49,939 nucleotides of DNA from Bacteroidota bacterium (GCA_947459115.1 CANHCC010000002.1:1-49939); one strand, 5' to 3'; numbered from the stretch's first letter, positions 9,282 to 18,656 are shown. Numbers and translations: made by a program. The notes: generated from the sequence alone by a model not told the origin.

Positions 9282-9857
9282 TCATTCTTTTACGCCGCTT
9301 ACCAACACGATATAGCCCCCACTTAATTTTACTTCAGTGATGGCTTTAAGGACATGACCCTGGTAAAGGCCGCTGCCACTAAAGAATACCGACACTTCGA
9401 TATCCTCCCGATATAACCAATTATCCCGATGCAGGTGGGTCTTAATCTTTCGGACAAGTCCTTTGTTCGGATTCATAATTAGGACCTGTTCCAGTAACCG
9501 GGATTTGTTTTCAAACGCCGATTTACGAATCCCACGAAGGGTATCGCCCGACTGGTAAATGTCAAACCAATCCGAAATTTCAGGATTTAAAAAGCTGATT
9601 TCTAAACAAGGTTTAAGTTCTTCTTTTATGGTTTCATAAGCGGTCCTCGCCTCAATAGTATCTACCTGGCATTCAAATCTGTTTTCTTGCAGGATACACA
9701 GCGTTTTCTTTAGGGAATTGTCCTTAGAGAACCTCATGCGAAGCTGTGCATCCTGGATTTGTTTTAACCTGGTATGCGAAAGTCGGGCTTCGTCTCCCTG
9801 TAACAATATGGGCAGACTATAAGCCAGGAGCGCAAAAATTATCAGGCGCTTCAACAT
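9282..9857 (-). CDS. Hypothetical secreted protein
   Basis: 191 aa. The N-terminus MLKRLIIFALLAYSLPILLQG looks like a signal peptide. It overlaps the gpmI stop by 7 bp. Confidence 0.55.
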   Translation of the reverse strand: MLKRLIIFALLAYSLPILLQGDEARLSHTRLKQIQDAQLRMRFSKDNSLKKTLCILQENRFECQVDTIEARTAYETIKEELKPCLEISFLNPEISDWFDIYQSGDTLRGIRKSAFENKSRLLEQVLIMNPNKGLVRKIKTHLHRDNWLYREDIEVSVFFSGSGLYQGHVLKAITEVKLSGGYIVLVSGVKE

Positions 9858-11371
9858 AGTAATTTCCCCGTCATGACTGCCGGAATTTCAATACCCATCA
9901 AAGAAAGCAGGGTAGGAGCTACATCGCCTAGTTTTCCGTTGTGTAAGGGCCCCTGATCTTCGGCTCCAATTAAAATACAGGGCACCGGTGCGGTTGTATG
10001 GGCCGTATTGGGGCTCCCGTCTTCATTTCTCATTTTGTCAACATTCCCATGATCAGCTAAAATCATTATGGCATAGTCCTTTTGAATGCCTGCCTCTACC
10101 ACCCGTTTCACACAGGCATCCACTTTGGTACAGGCTTTTACAGCTGCTTCAAAAACACCCGTGTGACCCACCATGTCCGGATTGGCAAAGTTGATGCAAA
10201 CAAAATCATACTGGGCCTTCAAAATGGCTTCAGTTGCTTTGACGCAGATTTCCTCGGCACTCATTTCAGGCTGCTGGTCGTAGGTAGCCACCGGAGGACT
10301 AGGACATAAAATCCTATCCTCTCCGGGAAAGGGTTCCTCTCTGCCACCATTGAAAAAGAAGGTAACATGTGGGTATTTTTCGGTCTCTGCGATGCGCAGT
10401 TGTTTTTTACCTGCTTTACTGATGGTCTCGCCCAGGGTGTTTTCCAGATTGTCCTTTTCAAACATGACAGACAATCCTTCATATTTCTCTTCGTATCGGG
10501 TCATGCAGACATAGTGCAAATTGGGAATCGTGATCAGGTTGTATTCTCGGTTGTCCTTCTGCGTTAAGACTTCTGTCAGTTGCCTTGCCCGATCCGACCT
10601 GAAATTCAGAAAAAATACTGCATCTCCCGGTCTAATACAGGCCACAGGCCGATCTCCCTTTTGAATATAAAATGGACGAATAAACTCATCGGTTACACCG
10701 GCTTCATATGAGGCCTTAATTCCCGTGATTGCATCCGGAAATGCCTGGCCAATCCCATATACCAGCAGGTCATAGGCATTTCGGATTCTTCCCCAGCGAC
10801 GGTCTCGGTCCATAGCAAAGTATCTTCCGCAAACGCTGGCAATCTCACCTGTGCCACAAGCCTGAATACAGGCTTCAAGTTCCCGGATATATTCAACCCC
10901 GGAATGAGGGTCCGTATCTCTGCCATCGGTAAAACAATGAATGTAAACTTCCGGTATATCTTTAAGAAGCGGTAGAATTCCTTTTAAATGCTTTAGGGAG
11001 CTATGCACGCCTCCAGCAGAAACCAATCCCATCAGATGAAGTGGCTTGCGATGGATTTTGCAATAATCTGTCAGGTTTTTCCAAACGGGGTTGTCAATAA
11101 TTTCGCCCGACTCGATGGATTGGGTAATTCTTTCTAAATCCTGATACACCGTTCTGCCTGCACCGAGGTTCATATGGCCTACCTCAGAATTGCCCATTTG
11201 ACCTTCCGGCAGTCCAACTGCTCTGCCTGATGCCTGTAATTCACTGAAAGGATAGGCCTGGATGGCTGAATCATAAAATGGGGTATCGGCCTGTTCAATG
11301 GCACTCACTTCAGGATTTTCTGCAATTCCCCACCCATCCATGATAATCAAAATTGTTTTTTTCGGCTGCAT
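9851..11371 (-). CDS. gpmI: 2,3-bisphosphoglycerate-independent phosphoglycerate mutase
   Basis: 506 aa. It contains IIMDGWG, MGNSEVGHMNLGAGR and ADHGN motifs. Confidence 0.95.
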   Translation of the reverse strand: MQPKKTILIIMDGWGIAENPEVSAIEQADTPFYDSAIQAYPFSELQASGRAVGLPEGQMGNSEVGHMNLGAGRTVYQDLERITQSIESGEIIDNPVWKNLTDYCKIHRKPLHLMGLVSAGGVHSSLKHLKGILPLLKDIPEVYIHCFTDGRDTDPHSGVEYIRELEACIQACGTGEIASVCGRYFAMDRDRRWGRIRNAYDLLVYGIGQAFPDAITGIKASYEAGVTDEFIRPFYIQKGDRPVACIRPGDAVFFLNFRSDRARQLTEVLTQKDNREYNLITIPNLHYVCMTRYEEKYEGLSVMFEKDNLENTLGETISKAGKKQLRIAETEKYPHVTFFFNGGREEPFPGEDRILCPSPPVATYDQQPEMSAEEICVKATEAILKAQYDFVCINFANPDMVGHTGVFEAAVKACTKVDACVKRVVEAGIQKDYAIMILADHGNVDKMRNEDGSPNTAHTTAPVPCILIGAEDQGPLHNGKLGDVAPTLLSLMGIEIPAVMTGKLLC

Positions 11372-11475
11372 CTTACAAAATTACGGTTTTCAAGCCCGGA
11401 GGACTCTTTTTTATTTGGGAATATTTAAAGCAATAAATCGAATTGGCACAGGATTTGGCTAAGCAAAACGAAATC

Positions 11476-11880
11476 ATGACAAAATTGTTCAGCTATATCT
11501 TATTCAGTGGGCTTTGGATCGCGTCTTTTTGCGCGTTAAATGCTCAGGCTCCGCAGGAAATCATGAAAAGCATTGAAACGGCAATCAAAAATAAAGATGT
11601 CGTTCAGCTCTCTCAGTTCTTTAATAAAGACTTGGAAGTTAATCTGTTAGATGATGAGCGTGTGTATGCCAAAAATCAGGCTCAACTCGTAATTCGGGAT
11701 TTTTTTGCAAAAAATCCCTTGACAAAATTTAACATGATTCATGTCGGAGGTTCAGGAGATTCCTGGTATGGTATGGGACTTTATGAAAGCAGTACTGGGC
11801 AATTCGATACAAATGTGTTCATTAAAAAATACGGAACCGTCTATTTAATAGACAGGATTCGGTTTGAAAATAAAGAATAG
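11476..11880 (+). CDS. DUF4783-like secreted protein
   Basis: The track ORF begins at a TTG (11443). I prefer the ATG at 11476, which gives MTKLFSYILFSGLWIASFCALNAQ (signal peptide). The family call is based on size and its position next to nadC. Confidence 0.55.
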   Translation: MTKLFSYILFSGLWIASFCALNAQAPQEIMKSIETAIKNKDVVQLSQFFNKDLEVNLLDDERVYAKNQAQLVIRDFFAKNPLTKFNMIHVGGSGDSWYGMGLYESSTGQFDTNVFIKKYGTVYLIDRIRFENKE

Positions 11881-11917
11881 TGTAATGTGATTTTTTTTGT
11901 TGTGTGTATTTGAAAAG

Positions 11918-11947
11918 GCGATTCCTGAGAAGGAATCGCTTTTTTTT
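11918..11947 (+). terminator. Rho-independent terminator
   Basis: GCGATTCC (11918-11925) pairs with GGAATCGC (11932-11939) around a 6-nt loop. A T-run follows at 11940-11947. Confidence 0.75.
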
Positions 11948-11967
11948 AATTAAAATTGTGCGGAATT

Positions 11968-12831
11968 ATGAAAGATTTTCTCAACGCTCCTGATACATTG
12001 AAAATTATTCGGGAGGCATTAACCGAAGATATCGGCACTGGTGACCACACAAGTCTGGCTACCATTCCCGAAAAGGCCATGGGTAGCATGAAGTGCCTGA
12101 TTAAAGAATCAGGCATTTTAGCCGGAGTGGATTTTGCCGGAAAGGTTTTTCAGGAATTAGATCCGACCGTACATTTCGAAAAATGTATAGAGGATGGAAC
12201 AAGTGTAAACCCCGGCGATATTGCCTTTCGGGTCAAAGGCAGGGTCCAGGCCTTATTGTCTGCCGAACGATTGGCCCTGAATGCGATGCAAAGGATGAGC
12301 GGTATTGCTTCAACCACCAGAAAGGCAGTTGAGGCGATGAAGGGCACTTCTTGTATTTTGTTGGATACCCGTAAAACTACACCATTGGTCCGTCACCTGG
12401 AAAAATGGGCAGTCACCATTGGGGGGGGGCAAAACCATAGATTCGGATTATATGATATGATTCTGATTAAAGACAATCACATAGACTTTTCAGGGGGAAT
12501 TATTCAGGCCATTCAGGCAGCAGAGCGCTATCAACTCGATAAAGGCTATCATCTGCCCGTTGAAATAGAGGCCAGAACAATAGAAGAGGTTCTGGAAATT
12601 TTGGCTTATGGGAAAGTGAACCGGATTTTGTTGGACAACATGAGCGTAGAGATGATGCAGGAGTGTGTGAATCTCATCGGCGGTCGCTTTGAAACCGAGG
12701 CTTCTGGAAATATTACTCTGGAGAACATTCGGGCAAAGGCTGCAAGCGGTGTCAATTATATTTCTTCGGGCGCTTTAACCCATTCGGTTAAAAGTCTGGA
12801 TATCAGTTTGAAGTTCGAGGCTGCACACTGA
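11968..12831 (+). CDS. nadC: Nicotinate-nucleotide pyrophosphorylase (carboxylating)
   Basis: Blocks LLDTRKT.P, GGG.NHR.GL.D..LIKDNH and the sequence overall look like NadC. The track ORF starts at TTG 11956; the ATG at 11968 (MKDFLNAP) is the likelier start. Confidence 0.9.
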   Translation: MKDFLNAPDTLKIIREALTEDIGTGDHTSLATIPEKAMGSMKCLIKESGILAGVDFAGKVFQELDPTVHFEKCIEDGTSVNPGDIAFRVKGRVQALLSAERLALNAMQRMSGIASTTRKAVEAMKGTSCILLDTRKTTPLVRHLEKWAVTIGGGQNHRFGLYDMILIKDNHIDFSGGIIQAIQAAERYQLDKGYHLPVEIEARTIEEVLEILAYGKVNRILLDNMSVEMMQECVNLIGGRFETEASGNITLENIRAKAASGVNYISSGALTHSVKSLDISLKFEAAH

Positions 12832-12832
12832 T

Positions 12833-12866
12833 CGGCTTGCACCAAGCCCCGGCTTGGTGCAAGCCG
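12833..12866. terminator. Perfect 16-bp inverted repeat between convergent genes (bidirectional terminator candidate)
   Basis: CGGCTTGCACCAAGCC (12833-12848) and GGCTTGGTGCAAGCCG (12851-12866) are exact reverse complements. There is no strong T-run. Confidence 0.55.
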
Positions 12867-12873
12867 AAAGTAA

Positions 12874-13533
12874 TCACCCAATCAGAACATTCGAGGCAAA
12901 TTTTTCGGAAACGACAACCGAGGTTCGCCTCCCGATTCGGAGCTCAACAGAACCATCATAGTCCACGCGATTCAGGACTTTAATCCGAGTACCCATTCGT
13001 ATAGATAAGTTTTCTAAATATTGAAGAAAAGTGGAGCTGGTATCTCTTACGCCCACCACAATACCCGACTGGCCTGTTTCAATGAGAGATAAATGTCTGG
13101 CACTGACTTTGGGAATTTTACCATCCGGCCTTGGGATGGGATCTCCATGGGGATCTACCCGGGGATAATTGAGAAATTCGTCCAGACGACTAATTAATTT
13201 CTCAGATTGGATGTGCTCCAATTGTTCCGCAACCTCATGCACTTCATCCCACGAAAAACGAAGGGTCTCAAATAGAAAGGTCTCCCACAAACGATGTTTT
13301 CGAACCACCCCGACAGCCTGAATTCTTCCTCTCTTGGTCAGACGGATTTTGCCATATTTCTCATTTAGAATGAGCTTTTTTTCTTTGAGCCGCTTTAACA
13401 TATGATTCACTGAGGCTGGTTTGAGTTGTAGAGAAAGTGCCAGCTCATTGGTGCCTACTTCTCGAACGGCTTCTCCGCTTTCACTCTGATGCAGAATGGC
13501 TTTCAAATAATTTTCTTCTGTGTATGATAGCAT
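12874..13533 (-). CDS. DtxR/MntR-family metal-dependent transcriptional regulator with C-terminal FeoA/SH3-like domain
   Basis: The sequence YLKAI..........ELA..L...P.SV..ML..L......L......G...LT..G......V.R.HRL.E.FL is typical of the DtxR family, and DPHGDPIP follows. The track ORF starts at TTG 13539; the first ATG is at 13533. Confidence 0.85.
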   Translation of the reverse strand: MLSYTEENYLKAILHQSESGEAVREVGTNELALSLQLKPASVNHMLKRLKEKKLILNEKYGKIRLTKRGRIQAVGVVRKHRLWETFLFETLRFSWDEVHEVAEQLEHIQSEKLISRLDEFLNYPRVDPHGDPIPRPDGKIPKVSARHLSLIETGQSGIVVGVRDTSSTFLQYLENLSIRMGTRIKVLNRVDYDGSVELRIGRRTSVVVSEKFASNVLIG

Positions 13534-13598
13534 ATTCAAATTTATAAAGTAATCTATGAACGCCCAAATTTATAAAATCAATTTTGTTTTGTTATTTT

Positions 13599-13614
13599 GT
13601 TAGGTTAATCTAAC
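13599..13614. promoter_or_regulatory. Candidate DtxR-type operator (imperfect palindrome GTTAGGTTAATCTAAC)
   Basis: 14 of 16 positions are palindromic. The 19-mer TTAGGTTAATCTAACTTTT matches 14 of 19 positions of the classical DtxR box TTAGGTTAGCCTAACCTAA. It ends 5 nt before the receptor ATG, in the divergent region shared with the DtxR-family gene. Confidence 0.45.
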
Positions 13615-13619
13615 TTTTT

Positions 13620-15893
13620 ATGTTTACTTATGTATTAAAATATTTTAGAATTGTAGTATTCTTTTTGTTTGTATTTTCTACTATTCAAGCATACAGCCAG
13701 GGGTTAGTACTTCAGGGGGTTGTTACGGATGAGGAGGGAAATCCTTTACAGGCTGCTTCTGTGAGTATTCCCGAACTTAAATCAGGTGTATGGACAGACG
13801 CTCTGGGTAGATTTCGATTGGATCAAGTTCCTCATGGCTCCTGGAGAATTCGAATTTCTTATACAGGGTATCAAAATGTAGAGAAAAAATGGAGTTCACA
13901 AATGTCAGGTCTGGATTCCATGCGTATTCAATTGATGCCTATGCGTCTGGATGAAGTGGTCATTTCCGGGAACCTACAGGAATCCAGGCGCTCGGATAGC
14001 CCCATCCCCATTGAAGTATATGCCGCTCCCTTCCTACGGTCCAATCCTACGCCCACTTTGTTTGAAGCCTTGCAAAATATCAATGGCGTCAGGCCACAAT
14101 TAAACTGTAATATCTGCAATACCGGGGATATACATCTGAATGGGATGGAAGGCCCCTATACAATGGTGTTAATAGACGGGATGCCTATCGTTAGTGGCTT
14201 GTCTACAGTGTATGGTCTTCAGGGAATTCCTTCTGCACTTATTCAGAGGGTGGAAATCGTGAAAGGCCCGTCTTCTACATTATTTGGGTCTGAAGCCGTT
14301 GGTGGGTTGATCAATATTATTACGCGGAAACCCGGACAAAATAGAAAAATCCATGCAGATGCATTTGGAACATCCTGGGCGGAATGGAATCTGGATATCG
14401 GACTGCAATTCAATTATTCTAAAAAAATAGAAAGCCTGACAGGGATTAATATTTTTAATTACCAAAATCCCTTAGATTTCAATCGGGATGGGTTTACAGA
14501 TGTGGCGCTTCAGGAACGATATTCGGTATTTCACAAAATTCAATTCCTTCGGCGTCAGTCCAGAGAAGCCTCTCTTAGTGCAAGGCTTATTTTTGAAGAT
14601 CGTTGGGGCGGTCAAATGAATTGGACGCCGGCCTTCAGAGGGGGAGATAGTGTTTATGGAGAGCAAATTGATACCAGACGATGGGAAGTTATGGGAAAGT
14701 ATCAGTTGCCCGTCCGGGAAAATATAATGGTCTGGTATAGCTTGAATGGGCATTATCAGAATAGTGCCTATGGAACCAATTTATATTTAGCCACCCAACA
14801 TATTGGATTTGGTCAGGTAACGTGGAATAAAAAGATTCGTCGGCATGATCTATTATCCGGATTATCGTATCGTTTTACCCATTATGATGACTCAACGCCT
14901 GCTACGGTGTTTTATCAGCCTGATCGTTACACACATTTACCGGGGGTGTTTGTTCAGGATCAATACTGGATTCATGATCGATTAACCTTGCTATCCGGAC
15001 TTCGTTATGATTATCACTTTAGGCATGGGAATATTTTTTCGCCCCGACTAAATCTCAAAAGGCTTAGTTTGAATCAAAAGTCTGAATTAAGGTTTGGCGT
15101 AGGCAGTGGATACCGGGTGGCCTCTATCTTCACAGAAGACCATGCCGCATTAACCGGTGCCCGTAAGGTCGTTTTGGAAGAACAATTAAAACCTGAAACT
15201 TCCTGGAATTTTAATTTGAATTGGTTGAGGAAGTTTGCTGTGGGAAAGGGGCATTATTTGGCAACGGATGCAACATTTTTTTATACCTGGTTCGGCAATC
15301 GAATACTACCGGATTATAATGCACATCCGGATGAAATTCGGTATCGAAATTTAGAGGGATATGGGATTTCACAAGGCGGGGCCTTGACAATAGACTGGAT
15401 AACGCCTTCCGGATGGAGTTTGATGATAGGTTCCACCTATGCTGATGTTTTTGTAGTAGAAGCAAATGAAAAAAATCGACCTGTTTTAACAGAACGCATT
15501 TCAGGGGTTTGGAGATTGTCGTATCTCTTGTCAAATTGGAAGATGAGAATAGAGTACACGGGTAATATCTACGGGCCTATGCTTCTTCCGCTCTCCGGAC
15601 CTCTGGATGATCGTCCGAGTCTTTCGCCTGTTTGGAGTATTCAAAATATCCAGGCAACAAAGACATTAAAAAATGGGATGGAGCTATATGGCGGAATAAA
15701 AAATCTCTTGAATTTTCGTCCTCCGGCGAATAGCATCAGCCGATCATTTGACCCTTTTGATAAGCAGGTTGTGTATGATGCCCTGGGAAATGTATTGCCT
15801 ACAGCAGAAAATCCCAGAGCACAGACTTTTGATCCCACTTATATGTTTGCGCCCAATCAGGGACTTCGGTTTTTTCTAGGGTTGAGGTATTAA
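13620..15893 (+). CDS. TonB-dependent receptor (N-terminal carboxypeptidase-regulatory-like domain, plug, beta-barrel)
   Basis: 757 aa. After the signal peptide comes GVVTDEEGNPLQAASV (CarbopepD_reg-like). The plug region includes LIDGMPI...GL..IP...I.R.EIVKGP.S.L.GS.A.GG.INIIT, and the C-terminus ends in an aromatic residue (..GLRY). Confidence 0.9.
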   Translation: MFTYVLKYFRIVVFFLFVFSTIQAYSQGLVLQGVVTDEEGNPLQAASVSIPELKSGVWTDALGRFRLDQVPHGSWRIRISYTGYQNVEKKWSSQMSGLDSMRIQLMPMRLDEVVISGNLQESRRSDSPIPIEVYAAPFLRSNPTPTLFEALQNINGVRPQLNCNICNTGDIHLNGMEGPYTMVLIDGMPIVSGLSTVYGLQGIPSALIQRVEIVKGPSSTLFGSEAVGGLINIITRKPGQNRKIHADAFGTSWAEWNLDIGLQFNYSKKIESLTGINIFNYQNPLDFNRDGFTDVALQERYSVFHKIQFLRRQSREASLSARLIFEDRWGGQMNWTPAFRGGDSVYGEQIDTRRWEVMGKYQLPVRENIMVWYSLNGHYQNSAYGTNLYLATQHIGFGQVTWNKKIRRHDLLSGLSYRFTHYDDSTPATVFYQPDRYTHLPGVFVQDQYWIHDRLTLLSGLRYDYHFRHGNIFSPRLNLKRLSLNQKSELRFGVGSGYRVASIFTEDHAALTGARKVVLEEQLKPETSWNFNLNWLRKFAVGKGHYLATDATFFYTWFGNRILPDYNAHPDEIRYRNLEGYGISQGGALTIDWITPSGWSLMIGSTYADVFVVEANEKNRPVLTERISGVWRLSYLLSNWKMRIEYTGNIYGPMLLPLSGPLDDRPSLSPVWSIQNIQATKTLKNGMELYGGIKNLLNFRPPANSISRSFDPFDKQVVYDALGNVLPTAENPRAQTFDPTYMFAPNQGLRFFLGLRY

Positions 15894-16227
15894 GGGTAAG
15901 TAACTTACCGGGATTGGGGGTAAGCAGCTTACCGGGATTGGGGGTAAGTAACTTCCCGGGATTGGGGGTAAGTAACTTACCGGGAGTGTGGGGTAAGCAG
16001 CTTACCGGGATTGGGGGTAAGCAGCTTACCGGGAGTGTGGGGTAAGTAACTTACCGGATTTGGGGTAAGCAGCTTACCGGATTTGGGGTAAGTAACTTAC
16101 CAGAGTGTGGGGTAAGTAACTTACCCGGGATGTGGGGTAAGTAACTTACCGGGATTGGGGGTAAGTAACTTACCCGGGATTGGGGGTAAGCAGCTTACCG
16201 GGATTGGGGGTAAGTAACTTACCGGGA
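15894..16227. repeat. Tandem array of 14 units (23-25 bp) of GGTAAG-[TAA/CAG]-CTTACC plus a G-rich linker
   Basis: Unit starts are at 15895, 15919, 15943, 15967, 15992, 16016, 16041, 16064, 16087, 16111, 16136, 16160, 16185 and 16209. The array spans exactly from the receptor stop (15893) to the MFS gene stop (16228). Confidence 0.95.
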
Positions 16228-17520
16228 TTACCTTCTGATCATTCGAATAATCCCCCCCGCACCAATCAGAAAAAAGATTGCCAAAAGCATAACTGAATTT
16301 CGCATACTGCCAGAATACGCCTCAATGATACCATAAGAGGCAGTACCGAGTACAATTGCTATTTTTTCAGTGACATCTAAAAAGCTAAAGTAAGAGGCGT
16401 GGTCCTTCGTCTCAGGTAAGTGTAAGGCAAAGGTTGATCGCGATAAACTTTGGATGCCGCCCATCACCAGTCCTACAGCAATAGCCAGCATAAAAAACTC
16501 TTCTCTCGTATAGGTGTACCACGCACCAAAGCAGACCCCAATCCAAATGCACAAAGCGAGGAGTATGGCCATCGGATTCCCGTATTGCTTCGCCAATCGG
16601 GCAAACAAAAAGGCTCCTCCAATACCAACTAATTGAATTAACAAAATCGTCAAAATCAAATCGGAGGTTTCGAGTTTGAGTTCTTTTGAGCCAAACAAAG
16701 TAGCCATATAAAATACCGTATGAATTCCCATGCTGTAGAAGAAAAATGCAGAGAGAAATATTCTCAACTTCCCATGGGACTTAAATTCTTCAAAGGTCAG
16801 TTTTAATTCCCTTAAGCCTTTTTTCCAGATGCCATTCTGAAATCCTCCGGACTGAGGTTCGGGGGGTAAGTTCCGAAAAGTAATCTGGGCAAATCCCATC
16901 CACCATAGGCCAACCGTGATAAAGGAAATCCTCGCCGGCCAGGTGCCATCGGTTAAGCCGAACCATTCGGGTTTTTGTATTAAGACCAGATTAAATATCA
17001 ATAAAATGACGCTGCCGATATAACCCATTGCAAACCCTCTTGCACTTACCTGATCATATTCTTTAGGTTCGCAAATCTCCGGTAGGAATGCATTGTAAAA
17101 TACCAGACTTCCGGTAAACCCTACACTCGCAAAGAAAAAAGCTGTCATTCCCAACTCTGTGTTGTCTCCGGTGAAAGCCGACAAAGTGATACAGGAGAAA
17201 CTACCTAAGTAACAAAATGCCTGCATAAACCACTTCTTCCGACCGCTAAAATCTGCTATTCCCGATAAAATGGGGGTTAACAAGGCACTCACCAGAAAGG
17301 AAGCTGATATAATCCAGGAATACAATACGGTGTTTTGTAAAGTCCATCCGAAGAAGTCAACCAAATCTGAAGTCCCTTTTGTGGTAACTGACACAAAATA
17401 TACCGGAAAGATAGCGGAGGTAATCGTCAGAGAATAGACGGAATTGGCCCAATCATACCAAGTCCAGGCTCGAATTCTTTTTTTTCTCAAAGAAGGAGAT
17501 AAATCCGTTTGTGTGGTCAA
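16228..17520 (-). CDS. MFS transporter, UMF1 (Atg22-like) family
   Basis: 430 aa. The N-terminal W.WYDWANS.Y..TI.SAIFP.YF signature and about 12 hydrophobic segments fit this family. The apparent start is TTG. Confidence 0.8.
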   Translation of the reverse strand: MTTQTDLSPSLRKKRIRAWTWYDWANSVYSLTITSAIFPVYFVSVTTKGTSDLVDFFGWTLQNTVLYSWIISASFLVSALLTPILSGIADFSGRKKWFMQAFCYLGSFSCITLSAFTGDNTELGMTAFFFASVGFTGSLVFYNAFLPEICEPKEYDQVSARGFAMGYIGSVILLIFNLVLIQKPEWFGLTDGTWPARISFITVGLWWMGFAQITFRNLPPEPQSGGFQNGIWKKGLRELKLTFEEFKSHGKLRIFLSAFFFYSMGIHTVFYMATLFGSKELKLETSDLILTILLIQLVGIGGAFLFARLAKQYGNPMAILLALCIWIGVCFGAWYTYTREEFFMLAIAVGLVMGGIQSLSRSTFALHLPETKDHASYFSFLDVTEKIAIVLGTASYGIIEAYSGSMRNSVMLLAIFFLIGAGGIIRMIRR

Positions 17521-17630
17521 GTGTTTTATTGTTTAGAGTGATGTATGTTTGAGCTTCCGGTTTTTATTGCCCCAATGGTAAAGTTCTATCCCATCATTTG
17601 GAGATAGCTCCATCCCCCAATAGAATGCCC

Positions 17631-18656
17631 TTAATACCGATAGGATTTCACCGTTTCCAGAAACACGCGGGCTTTATCGGGTTGAATATCCGGATAAATT
17701 CCATGACCCAGATTCACAATGTGCTTGCCAGGTTCAAATTCAGACAGCATCTGTAAAGTTTGACGGCGAATTTCGGCCTCATCCCCATATAATACACAAG
17801 GGTCCAGATTTCCTTGCAAGGCCTTGCCGGGTATCTGTTTTTTGGCTTCCATTGGATTCATATTCCAATCTAGTCCGATGACTTGAGCGTCACATTCCCC
17901 TAATTCCTTTAAGGCATAGAAGGCCCCTTTTGCAAAAATAATTTTGGGTACACCCTGAATGGCATTACAGATTTTCTGAATGTAGGGAAGTGAAAATCTC
18001 AGCCAGGCATCTCTGGATAATAGTCCTGCCCATGAATCAAAAATCTGTATCATGTCCACACCGGCTTCGATTTGTTGAGTCAGATAGATAATGGTGGCAT
18101 CCGTTATTTTGTCCAATAATGCGTGAGCAAAAGCCGGATTCTGATATAAGTGGGCTTTGGCACGGCTGAATGTTTTGGAGCCTTTACCCTCGGTCATATA
18201 GGCGAAAATGGTCCAGGGGGCACCTGCAAATCCAAGTAGTGGTACTCGTCCTGACAATTGTTCTTTGACAATTTGTATGGCCTCCAGGGTATCGTTCAGA
18301 TTCGATGAAGCAGATGGGAGGTGTAATTTTTCTATATCAGGGGTCCCGGAAATTATTTCCGGAAATACTGGTCCTCTTTGTTCTTCCATGACATAAGGCA
18401 ACCCCATGGCTTCCGGAAGCACAAGGATATCCGAAAATATAATGGCCGCATCTGTACCCATCAGGTCTATGGGTTGAAGCGTAACTTCTGCTGCAAACTC
18501 CGGGTTGGCAATCATGTTACGGAAGCTACCGGCTCTGGCCCTCACTGCCCGGTATTCCGGAAGATAACGACCTGCTTGACGCATCATCCAAACCGGAGGT
18601 CTTTCTACAGACTCTCCCCGAGCCACTCTGAGTATTAAATCATTCTGAAGCGCCAT
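17631..18656 (-). CDS. hemE: Uroporphyrinogen decarboxylase
   Basis: 341 aa. It contains RPPVWMMRQAGRYLPEYR and the other HemE blocks. Confidence 0.95.
   Translation of the reverse strand: MALQNDLILRVARGESVERPPVWMMRQAGRYLPEYRAVRARAGSFRNMIANPEFAAEVTLQPIDLMGTDAAIIFSDILVLPEAMGLPYVMEEQRGPVFPEIISGTPDIEKLHLPSASSNLNDTLEAIQIVKEQLSGRVPLLGFAGAPWTIFAYMTEGKGSKTFSRAKAHLYQNPAFAHALLDKITDATIIYLTQQIEAGVDMIQIFDSWAGLLSRDAWLRFSLPYIQKICNAIQGVPKIIFAKGAFYALKELGECDAQVIGLDWNMNPMEAKKQIPGKALQGNLDPCVLYGDEAEIRRQTLQMLSEFEPGKHIVNLGHGIYPDIQPDKARVFLETVKSYRY

Noticed and set aside
8200-9300. Looked for a tmRNA (ssrA) gene next to smpB
   Set aside because: The flanks are fully occupied by protein-coding genes. I saw no tRNA-like acceptor/T-arm sequence (GGTTCGAATCC-type) anywhere in the window.
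15894-16227. Could the tandem repeat array be a CRISPR array?
   Set aside because: The units are contiguous with a 23-25 bp period. The inter-palindrome segments are near-identical G-rich linkers rather than unique 25-40 bp spacers. No cas genes or leader are visible in the window.
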